Part shown: piece after piece, positions 10,989 through 21,764 of the stretch
Layout of the letters: the number at the start of each line of letters is the position of its first letter
Position numbering within the stretch: the first letter of the stretch is position 1
Origin: Hormiphora californensis
Lineage: Eukaryota; Animalia; Ctenophora
DNA length: 64,000 bases
Assembly (NCBI GenBank): GCA_020137815.1
Contig: CM035350.1
Coordinates: forward strand, 62,001 to 126,000
Direction: 5' to 3'
Notes under the pieces: generated by a model
Seen by the model: the letters and a program-made list of their open reading frames with translations, nothing else
The model's database searches: none
Told to the model about the DNA's origin: nothing
Translations under genes and position numbers: made by a program

Positions 10989-13900
10989 ATGATTCGTGTC
11001 ATGTATCCAAATAAACCATGGGCGGAAAAGAGACCAAATTACCCTCCCCTAACGGGATGGAATGGTAGTGATGTGGTGCTGAACTGAGCTTCGCTCTTCT
11101 TGGCGCCATATCACTGCAAGCCCGATCAGTCAACCTCCGCGTCGGTCCATCCTGGAAACGTACTCTGCGTGTGTGGTCCGGTTTTTTGCTCGCGGTTGGG
11201 TGGTCTTTGGCCTTGTTATGGGTGGTCGTGTTCCTGGTTCCGGCCGGGATGGGCTCTCTGTCTTGGCGGGGACTGGGGTGCGGTCGTCTTGGGCGGGGTC
11301 GGGGTCTTCCCTGTCCGTCGGGCGGGGGATCGGGCTGTGTGCGTGTTGTGCGGCTAATGACTGCGGACGTGAGCTGCTTTCTCCCATTAAGGGGGTAAAT
11401 TAAACGCCAGAGAACTAGCCTCGCTCAATATTGGCAACCGAGGGCCTCTGCCTTGTAGGCATGCCTGTTGACCCGGCAGCTGTAGCCTTTAAGACAGCCC
11501 TTCAGTCCAACATACCATTGGTAGGACGGAGGTTACCTTCTCTCGCAAAAAATAGGGGTTATTCCCCTGGGGAACCTCTGCCCAAATTTTTGCCACATAC
11601 TACCTTTGCAATATCTCGCAAATTAAAAATCAAATATTCCACTGTACGGACTACTATACTGCTGGAAAACCTACTACAGGCTACCCAAACTAAACCAAAG
11701 AAGTGTTAGTTTTTGATTCCGAAAATATGCCTAAATTCAAATTTCTCTCTCAGTCCTAGATGTCCTTGCAAACACAGCAAATAATATATGTACTCCAATC
11801 TGCTTCAGATTGAGAGATAAGGATATGTGATCCGTAAAGCCTACTCACAGGAGGGTGCGAAGATACTTTTATAGAGCTAAATACATCACCCGAGTATCCG
11901 ATAATGGATAAAGCAATGATCATCCTTATCGTAGTCCCGTAAATAGGAAGATGAACTAATCAAATAACACCACAAGCCACTACGCGATATCAACCACCGA
12001 GATTGTAGTTTAAATTAAGGCCTAGCGGCCTCCTAATCGCATTTAACAAATACACTAATAATGACAGGCTAGACAACCACTCGGCACATATCTCCCCCTA
12101 TAGCAACCTACATGACACTGTTTTCGTAAGCCCCGCAACAGTTGAGTACCACTTCTACTACTCCTCCTCGCACCAGTCCACATGGTACGCAAACCACTGT
12201 GTACCACCGCGAGTGACCCAGACACAATTGGCACTCCGGCCGGTGACCTAGTCACAATTGGAACACCGCCAGTGATCCAGTCGCAATTGGAACCCCGCCA
12301 GTGACCCAGTCGAAATTAGCACCCTCGCCAGTGACCCAGTCACAGTTGGCACCCCTGTCACACATGACACATTAGACAAACTATAATCCCCCTAACAACC
12401 TACATGACACTGTTTCTGAAGACCAGCAACTACTACTCCTACTACTCCTCCTCACACCAGCTCACATGGTATGCAAAACATTGTATACTACCGCCATTGA
12501 CCCGGTCACCGCCAGTGACCCGGTCATTTTTGGCACCCCCGCCAGTGACCCAGTCACAATTGGCAACCCGCCAGTGACCTAGTCACAATTGGCACCCCCG
12601 CCAGTGACCTAGTCACAATTGGCAACCTAACCTCGCATGGCAAAATGTAGCCTAGACAATTGCAATCTCCCCGCCAAAATCTATGATCTGAAGAGTATTC
12701 ACGAATACGAAGGGGAAATACTTATGGTGTTAATATGATCGATGAGAGCCCGTGACCACCGGGCAGGTCGAGGTCAACAGGACCACCTACGACCAGACAA
12801 CTCTGGAGACATTAGAAAACGCAAAGAGCCTCCTCTGGAAGCTGATACTTAGCAAATGCTTGCCAGTTTGAATCAATTTAATGCTACCGCTATTGGAAAA
12901 TAGTAGTCCGGACTCCCAGGCCGTAGGCAGATCTGTCATACTAAGGGTACCGACCCAAAGCCTGAGATGTGTAAGATACGTTGTCAGCGACACTGTAGTC
13001 CGCCACGGTGAACCATCGTTACATCGTATCCGGCAACCCACCTACCTCTACAGTTGCTTGCAACAGTAGTAACCAGAGACCAGTCACTCGGACAGGTAAA
13101 TTCCGCCACTGTCCATGTAATAGACAGGCGTCGACTTCCTTCGTATGCAATACCTTTCTTGCGGTGCCAAACAGGGCCGGGGGGAACTCAGCGGGCAGCG
13201 TGGAGGGGGGAGTAAGATCCCCTATCCCCTCTGCGCGGTCTGCTGGGCGAACCCAGGCTCGACCTGGAGAACACCGACACGTGACCTTTTTGTGTGGGGA
13301 CATGTGGCGAGAGGTGAATTCCTAGGGACCGGCTGTTCGGTCTTACAGGACAGCTAAGTGGGTCGGAATGTTGGGAGGTGCTAAACACACACACACACAC
13401 ACACCCTCCCCTAACAGTGATTCGTGTCACATATCCAACTAGACTATATAATGCATAGGCGGTAGATAGACGGAAGTAGAGAGGTGAGAGTGAGAGATCA
13501 GAATCATGGACGACTAATCAAGTATGGTATCACTTATCATAATATTATCCTCTAATGAAAGGCAGTAACCTATAATTTCACCTAATCGGTCCCGATACGT
13601 GATTACTGATTTTCTACCGCTATTCGCCAATAGTCTTTATTGTATTGATCCACGATTTAGTAGAGCGGAATCACACACGATACTATGATAGGTGAGCAAA
13701 GTGGTTGGGTGGTTCACCTGTCATTGTGCTCATGCTACACGCTCAATCAATGGATCTACCCTACCTCATTAGACCAACACTCTCAGTAGTATTATAGTTA
13801 CTGACTACCTCTACTGAATCGTGGATCGATACGGAAATACTAAGGGAGTATATTATATATCGGTAGAGAATCACGTATCGGGACCAATGAGGTTTCATTG

Positions 13901-14245
13901 TCAATTGGTAACCGCTTTTCATTAGTGGATACCATCGTACGTGATATCACACTCCTTTTATTTAGTTGTCCATGATTCTGATCTTCACTCTCCGTCAGTT
14001 CTCATCTTGGTCTCTTTATTGCCTATAGTCTAGTTGGATACGTGACACGAATCACTATTAGGGGAGGGTAATTTGGTCTCTTTTCCGTCCATGGTTCATT
14101 TGGATACATGACACGAATCATTTTAATTGGGGGAGGGTGATTCAGTCTCTCTACCGCCTATGGTAGAGACCGATACGTGAAACGAAACACTATTAGGGGA
14201 GGACGATTCGGTGTATGTGCCGCTTTAGTCTAGTTGGATACGTGA
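10989..14245. mobile_element. Foldback-like element with inverted ends, internal minisatellite and long palindrome
   Basis: 10989-11052 is an inverted repeat of 14058-14121. 13404-14070 is an imperfect palindrome. ~70-bp tandem units at 14020-14245. Confidence 0.6.
12210..12630. repeat. ~31-bp minisatellite (ccagtgacccagtcacaattggcaccccg) in two duplicated blocks
   Basis: Read directly; ~12100-12360 is duplicated at ~12395-12630. Confidence 0.85.
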
Positions 14246-14294
14246 TCCATTGCAGCCTTTTTTGCAGCCTTTTATTGCAGCCTTTTATTGTGGG

Positions 14295-16030
14295 GTAAAA
14301 ATGGGGTTAGAGAAGGGAGAAACGAAGGGTTTTTTGTGAAGAACACTAACTAAGTCCTATCGTCTAAGCGAGTTAAAACAAATAACTTGCCATTTTGATC
14401 GTAATTAACAGTGACAGATAGAGCAGATTGCGTAAATCGATTCCAGTCATCAGTTCCATCAGTTGTAGCCACTCGACAGAAAATGTGGCCTGTGAATCTT
14501 TCCCAAAATTAATGGTCGTCGTCCCGAAATATTCCGACTTGATGCCCCCTGCAGCCTGCATGCATGAAAATTAACCATCAGTTGATAAAGTATTATTGAA
14601 TGAGTTTTACATTTAATTCCATTTACAAAACTAACCCACCTTATACGAGACTTTCCCAGAAATACTTGTGCTGAGTACTTGAGTAACATGTTTGGAGTAG
14701 TTCTTGGTAAACTGAGCCAGTTCCACTCCAGAAGGTTTGGATACCTCGTCTCTCTCATCGAGGTCTATTCGTGGTCAAAGAATCAATAGGAGGTTGCTCA
14801 ATTATATACCTAATCAATTCGTCAACCACTGACTCCTGGCGTAAGGGAGGACTTAGCGGCACCTGCCTGCATTTCAGTTCAGAATACCAATAGGCAGCAA
14901 ACTCATCCTTACTGCCATCTTTGGTAAATCGCCAGTCACTACTGTCTTCGTCGCTGCTGAAACAATTACAACATTATGAATGGACACAGGACAGCATCTC
15001 AAATATGATATTATTCCATAAAAGATTTCTATCTTACCTATTTTCATGTGACGTGCTGTTATAGACTGGTGTACTTTTAGGCCGTTTTCTACTATACACC
15101 TTCTGGAAGAAAAAATACTGTCATAAATAACATATTTAACATTTAACTCCTTCTTGTTTAACATACTTGAGTAACATGTTTGGAGTAGTTTTTAGTAAAT
15201 TGAGCCAGTTCCACTCCACCGGAACATCCGCCAGATCCCCTCCTCCTCCTCCTCCTCCTCCCCCACCAGCCGGTACTAACTGATAGCTTGTTGTTGCTGC
15301 ACCGCTCTTCCTCGGTGTGGAACAATCGAATCCTGATTGCTGTTCCTCCAAAGGAGGTAAGTCTTGGTGGATTTTGGAAATCTGCTCACGTTTTGGAGAG
15401 GATTCAGGCGTGGCAAAAGGGTCCTTGGATGCGGGTTCGCTTAGGTCTTGATAAACTCTTGAAACCGCAGCCGTCATACATGTTTTGTATAGCCTAGATC
15501 GAGACAACGAGTTTAAGACCCATGCCGCGGCCGTAAAAATGGGGTTAGAGAAGGGAGAAACGAAGGGGTTTGTTTGTGAAGAACACTAACTAAGTCCTAT
15601 CGTCTAAGCGAGTTAAAACAAATAACTTGCCATTTTGGTCGTAGTTAACAGTGACAGTTAGAGCAGATTTCTGTAAATCAATTCCAGTCATCAGTTCCAT
15701 CATTTTTAGCCACTCAACAGAAAATGTGGCTTGTATATCTTTCCCAAAATGAATGGTTGTCGTCCCGACATAGTCCGACTTGACACTCCCTGCAGCCTGC
15801 ATGCATGAAAATCAACCGTCAGTTGATAAAGTCAATTCAAATGAGTTTTGGGTTGTATTAACTAACATTTAATTCCATTTACAAAACTAACCCACCTTAT
15901 ATGAAACTTTCCCAGAAATCTTTGTGCTGTAAGGTACTTGATGCTGTTGAGTCACATGTTTGGAGTAGTTCTTAGTGAACTGGGCCAGCTCCACTCCCGA
16001 GGGTTTGCATACCTCGTCTCTCTGATCGAG
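14295..16030 (-). pseudogene. Tandemly duplicated fragments of an unknown small gene family (EWNWL..TTPNMLLKY and ..TTTIxFGKD..FSVEWL..MELMTGIDL exons)
   Basis: 14295-14760 matches 15535-16030. A third EWNWL..TTPNMLLKY copy lies in ORF 15136-15507. GT-AG intron preserved between the two exons. Confidence 0.55.
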
Positions 16031-16446
16031 AGGATCTATCTCATCGATAGAACAATCAGAATCTGAAAAGTTATTGTTTAATGGATCATGACCCTTTCTG
16101 CGGTATGGAGCAGTGTTTAAATAATTTATGGGGACCCACTATGGGAACCCCTTTTTATTGTATAAAACAGTTTTACAAAAGGTTTACAAATATGTATTAA
16201 TATAATGAGTTTAACCCTTTACTTCCAATTTAACAAATGCTAATTTTTCACTGCAGTGGCTAGTAGTGGCTCGGTAGTTAGATCGTCTATTTTTGACATC
16301 TTTCTAAATAGGAAGATATGAAAGAAAAGAGGTTAAATTGGGGTTGGTAGGGAGCCTTTATCTATGGGGTATGTGGGAAATTATTTGGAATACGCTTCAA
16401 AAATGATACAACTCGTCTCTTATTTCAAATAAAAATAATTTGTTAC

Positions 16447-18345
16447 TTAGGTAAACGAGAACACATTTCCATTTAAAATGATAAACTTAGGAACACACGC
16501 GGGATCAACTATTATTTTCTTCTTTCCGGAGATATAGCAATAGAGACCAATTTCCAGTTTAGGTGTACAGCGTTCTTCTACAGTTAGTAGCTCTAAGAAT
16601 TTTCCAGTCAGTTTTTTACAATAGTAAAGATCTATATGTTTCAGATTCTTCAGATGAGAAATAATAAACGCTAGCTCACTGTTCAAGATGTCACAGTTGT
16701 ACAGAGTGAGGCTTGTCAAGGATTTACAGAATGAAAGATGGGCGATGTTCCTTCCATTTGCAAAGATTTTGAGGTTCCGAACTCTTGACATGAGACGAAA
16801 TGCGTCGATACCTGGATTATATAAACCAGAGCACATGTACCGCAAATCGAGGTTGTGAATCTTTGGGCACATCTGCATTATTTCAGGAAGACATCTTTTC
16901 GTAGAAATTGAGAAACGACTACAAGATAATTCCTGCAGATTCGGCATTCGAGCAAGAAGACTCAATAATTGTGATGATAAGTCGGGATCTGGCATGCCAA
17001 ACTTTCTATGCAGCGACAAATGGGTTAGTTTAGGGAACACTGACAGTTGATGAAACTTGCTGATCTTCAGAAAATCACAGGGAAGCGTCAGCTGCTCCAG
17101 AGAATCACTAAAAGCAAGCAGAATCTTTAATATCGTTTCGTTCTCAACTTTGGGGAAGAATCCCTCGAAAGTTATCCGCTCGATAGGAATTCCTTGTAGC
17201 GTTTCAACGATAGACTCCCCTGTTACATTTTTACATCGATGAAGACTTAATCTTCTTAGGTTAGGCATTCTGGATAGCAAACTTTCCAACAATTTCTCGT
17301 CCAAGTTTTGACATTCCCGAAGTTCAAGATTCTCCAGGTTGTTGAAATGTGGTAACGGAGTAGAGTCGACCAGAAACGATCCCCTAAGACTTAACCGCTC
17401 CAATGTTCCTGGGACACCTCCGAGGATTTTGTTAATTTCAACTGTAGGTAGATGCCTTCCAGTGAAATAATCCTTCATGCCAAAGAGGTTCAAGGAAAGT
17501 TCACGAAGAGGAAGTTTCTTCAAAATACTGGAAAACTTTTCCACTGAATAGAAATCCGTGTCTCCTAAAAGAAGATTTTGAAGAAAGGTCTGGTTTGAAA
17601 TGATTTCACAAATTGGATCCTCGGCACCGTGCTGATTTCGGTCGTTGTTTATATCAAGACTTTCGAGTGTACTCGGCAGGTAAACAGCGGCAGCATGTGC
17701 AAAAGCTATGGACAATGTTTTACACTCCAAACGCAGTGACTTAACATTCGGTACTTTGTTTAGAGCCGCTAAGTTATCCATTGAAACTTCGCATTGTACG
17801 TCCTCCACAATTCCATTAAAGGTTTGTAAAGCTTCGACAATGTTCTTTTCCGAACAAGTAATGGATTTCCATGAGTTTTTGTAAAATATCGGTTGTGTTT
17901 GCGTGGATTTTGCAGGTGTGAATTCTATCGATCGAACCGACCGCAGAGCGTCTCTGGACAGGTTGTACCATAGCTTGCAGACCTTGTTACATTTCAGCAA
18001 CTCAAGAGGGTCTAGGAAAGTAAAAATTTGAAGAATCACTTCATTTGGTAGCTGATGAAGACTCGGTTCTCCCTCAACCATCCTTTCCATCGTGAACTCT
18101 GCATATAGTAGAGACTTTGCTTGATCGTCAACACCGGAAGCACTTTTGGATTTTCGTGAACGCAACAATACCGTTGACAGTTCAGACCAAGTTCTGGAAA
18201 CAGCACGACAGTTCAGGAGATCAGGTGAGTCCAAATAGCGAAAAATGAACAGGAGAACTTCGCCGGGTAGATAATTGAAGGGAGACTTGTTCAATCGAGG
18301 TCTTTTACTGAGTGGCTCGGTATTTTCTTCATCATCTTTTGACAT
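16447..18345 (-). CDS. Intronless double F-box + leucine-rich-repeat protein (FBXL-like), 632 aa
   Basis: Two F-box motifs (LPGEVLLFIFRYLD..CRAVSRTW; LPNEVILQIFTFLD..CNKVCKLW), then LxxLxL..C LRRs (NLENLELRECQNL, NLRRLSLHRCKNVT). Confidence 0.92.
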   Translation of the reverse strand: MSKDDEENTEPLSKRPRLNKSPFNYLPGEVLLFIFRYLDSPDLLNCRAVSRTWSELSTVLLRSRKSKSASGVDDQAKSLLYAEFTMERMVEGEPSLHQLPNEVILQIFTFLDPLELLKCNKVCKLWYNLSRDALRSVRSIEFTPAKSTQTQPIFYKNSWKSITCSEKNIVEALQTFNGIVEDVQCEVSMDNLAALNKVPNVKSLRLECKTLSIAFAHAAAVYLPSTLESLDINNDRNQHGAEDPICEIISNQTFLQNLLLGDTDFYSVEKFSSILKKLPLRELSLNLFGMKDYFTGRHLPTVEINKILGGVPGTLERLSLRGSFLVDSTPLPHFNNLENLELRECQNLDEKLLESLLSRMPNLRRLSLHRCKNVTGESIVETLQGIPIERITFEGFFPKVENETILKILLAFSDSLEQLTLPCDFLKISKFHQLSVFPKLTHLSLHRKFGMPDPDLSSQLLSLLARMPNLQELSCSRFSISTKRCLPEIMQMCPKIHNLDLRYMCSGLYNPGIDAFRLMSRVRNLKIFANGRNIAHLSFCKSLTSLTLYNCDILNSELAFIISHLKNLKHIDLYYCKKLTGKFLELLTVEERCTPKLEIGLYCYISGKKKIIVDPACVPKFIILNGNVFSFT

Positions 18346-19538
18346 GCTCTAAAGAGGGAAATAAAACTTGAGGTGAGGAGTGTAGGGTGTTGGATTTAAA
18401 AATCAATTTTTTGTACCTCATCTTACTAGATGGAATTTTTAACGCTGATTCCGAATCTGTCAAAATTTTTGATCTACGAGCATGTCTTCAGGTGTAACCG
18501 TGCTCCTAAATGAACTTGACTGTGCGCTGCGTTCCATTGCTAACACTATGATACACTATCACGTGATCATGTCACGTGCTCTCTCCCCAACCCAATTAGT
18601 AGTGCTCGCGATCTTACACACGAGCGCGTCACTTGAGACCTGTGGAAACATCTCTCTCCAGCTGTAGGCTGTAGGTGAGAGATGTTTTTAACTTTCTATC
18701 CGAAATTCCGAGATTAAGGAACGTATTAATTTGAAGGGAATATGAGAATATGAAAGGCCAAGAATTTTAGAACAGAAAACAGACGCATCATGAAACTTCA
18801 TAGAAGCTAAATAGTATGTTTCCGGCTGAACATTTGTGGATATATATCTCAGATATAAAATACAATGGTCCTGTGTAGAATAAAATTACTTGAACATTGG
18901 TCTGCACCCTAGAAGTTAAACTTGCTATTTCATCTCAATATGATCAGTCAGTGGTCATAACTTCACATATTCCAAATACAAATTGTCCTAAACACCTGCA
19001 GCAAGTTCCATTTTGCGTCGAAGGTTCCGTGCTCCTAACTTTCCTGGGTTGGCGTCTCGATGTCGCTTGATAGTGAGTGCTGTGTTGACTTGCCGCATAT
19101 GTCCAGAAACTCGGCCAACAGCTTTGGACGTCAATGCCACATTTCGCTCAACGTGTTGGGAATGGCATGGAACTGTAGTTATCAACGGAAGGGCGGTGTA
19201 CTGCTCCAAATCTTCACCTAAAGAAATGTTAATTGTTAAATTAGATCTGATATAACACCTCTCAACATTAATTTTTGACTATTTTATTGAGATTTTAAGC
19301 AGATGTCGAGTTACCTTTAACTATAGGGGGTTCTTGAACCAGGCATACTTCACCGGTGTCCGAAATGAACGTCCATTGGCCAGAGAACTCGGGACGGTCC
19401 TGTAAGAGTGTAAATATTAGGTTTTCCGTAAATTTAGTTATGTTATTACATAAAACATATATGTATTATGTATTAGAGCGGCGACAAACCTTTCTTAGAA
19501 CTGTAATTTCAAGGAGTGAAGTGGCATTGAAGTTTAGT

Positions 19539-21764
19539 GGGGGGGGCCAACGCTCATTTTTTATATATTTTTATATATTTTATATACCTTTTTTTTGGAA
19601 AAAAAAAACATAATTTTTTATATATACAGTCGGACCCCGATTTAACGGCCCCCGATTTAGCGGCACCCCGATTTAACGGCAGGATAAATTTCCCCCAAAA
19701 TTTTTTGAACTTTTTTTTGAAATTTTTTGAATTTTATTTTTGAAGATTTTTTTGAAAAACCACGTCCAAATCGTGTTTGGAAGCGGTGCATCTTATTGCA
19801 TGTCTTGCCGGTAATTAGACGGTTCGAAACGAACAGATATGTGATCCCCATGAGGCCCATCGAATCGCAATTTTGACGCTTGTTAAACTGGCCTCATGGG
19901 GATCACGTATCGGTTCGTTTCGAACCGTCTAATTAGCGACAGGACGTGCGATAAGATGCACTGATTCGAAACACGATTCGGACGTGGTTGATATACCTTT
20001 GAAAAATTTTCATAACTTTTTTTGCAAAATTTTACAGAATGATTGTCAATGCTTTGATCGGTGCTCCCCATGAATTTTCAGAGAAAAAATATATTTTGAA
20101 ATTCAAATTCTTCCTCACCCCGCTTAAAGTGCCCCGATTCGGCATGGTTTGTTTGTTTGTTTGTTTGTCACTAAACCATGGGATACGCTCAGCAAACCTC
20201 CATACCAACCCGGGTATGTGGTAACTATGGCGCTGAGTCCCTTTCTCTCCCCTGGGAGAGAAAGAGACTCATGGTTTAAATTTCTGGAACATTTGAGAGG
20301 ATCTTGGTCCGTTAAGTAACGTTTTGCCTTTGAGAGGGTCTTGGTCGGGTAGGTAACATTTTGCCTTTGAGAGGGTCTTGGTCTTGAAAATAGGTAACGG
20401 TTTGCATTTGAGAGGGTCTTGGTCGGGTAGGTAACGTTTTGCCTTTGAGAGGGTCTTGGTCTGGTTTGATTTTTTCCCTGCCCGGGTGATTGCCGAAGGC
20501 AATCACCCGGGATGATGTTTTTAGCACGCACGTGCTAAAAAGATCATTCAGGGTTTAGAAATCAGCAGATCGTGGAGTTAACTAAAATGTCCGTCTGTCC
20601 ACCGTTACCGGCGCCGCGCACATAACAACGCTCTTTGAATGAGTCAGTCGTCCGCAAAGTTATCCCACAACGGACATGGTATCACGTATCGCTTCGTCTA
20701 ATTAGCAGCAAGACATGCGATAAGATGCAGTGATTCGATAAACGATTCGGACGTGGTTGATATAGAAACCTTAGAAAATTTTTATAACTTATTTTGAAAT
20801 TATCTTGAAATTACTTTCTTTTTCTAATCAGAAATGATCATGTAATCAATACATGGACATTGCATTTAACACTTAGAGGTGTTTTAGTATAGCATTTTGG
20901 ACAAAAATAGGGTTTTATGGGCCAAATATGCTCTACCCCGATTTAACGGACACCCCGATTTAACGGACAAAACCCTTTCCCCCGAGGGTGCCGTTAAATC
21001 GGGGTCCGACTGTATATAAAATATATAAAAATATATAAAAATACATATGAATATATAAAAATATATAAAAATATATATAAAGTATATAAAAATATATAAA
21101 AAATTGTGCCGAAAGTGTGAAAACAGAAAGCTGTTTTTCGCCATAGCGGGATCAAATATCATTCAATTGATCTCAAACTTGGTCAGCATCTTCATCTAGA
21201 TAATCCTGATGATTTTCCGTCATCAATGTGACGTTTGTAACATCGTGACGTCGCGTCAATAACGTCATGACGTCAAAATGACGTCAAAAATGATTCGTTT
21301 TTTTAGTTTCGCGATCCCAACCTCTCTTCACCAGTTCTAGTACATCTGCACGGATCAACATACAAAAAATGATTGAAATCACACCAAAACTGGTAGATAT
21401 TATTAGGCCGGAACCTCTCTTCACCAGTTCTACTTTTGACAGTGCATAATTCACTTTTGAACACATTCTCAATTATGTAAAACAGCTATCACCCTCTCAA
21501 ACACTTAAATTAACTCTATGAAACATATTCAAGTGAACAATAGATGGAAATAATCCCCTTTTTTGAAAGTAAAAGGGGTGAAAAAAGGGTTTATTTTATA
21601 TATTTTTATATATTTTTATATATTATTTATATAACTTTATATATTTTTATATATTTTTATATATTTTTATATATTTTTATATATTTTTATATATTTTTAT
21701 ATATATATAAAAAATTCCAAAATTAAGGAAATATATAAAAAATTCGTTGGCCCCCCCCCCCCCC
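19539..21764. mobile_element. Non-autonomous TIR element (G-run GCCAACG ends) inserted in a transposase exon
   Basis: Ends gggggggccaacg / cgttggccccc; 8-bp TSD agtttagt at 19531-19538 and 21765-21772. Superfamily not assignable. Confidence 0.85.
19627..21012. mobile_element. Tc1/mariner (pogo-like) MITE, CAGTCGGACCCCGATT TIRs, containing further inserts
   Basis: ta|cagtcggaccccgatt ... aatcggggtccgactg|ta. Confidence 0.88.

Noticed and set aside
18482-18667. Duplicated small ORF MSSGVTVLLNELD (also 24694-24915)
   Set aside because: By-product of the hAT terminal inverted repeats.
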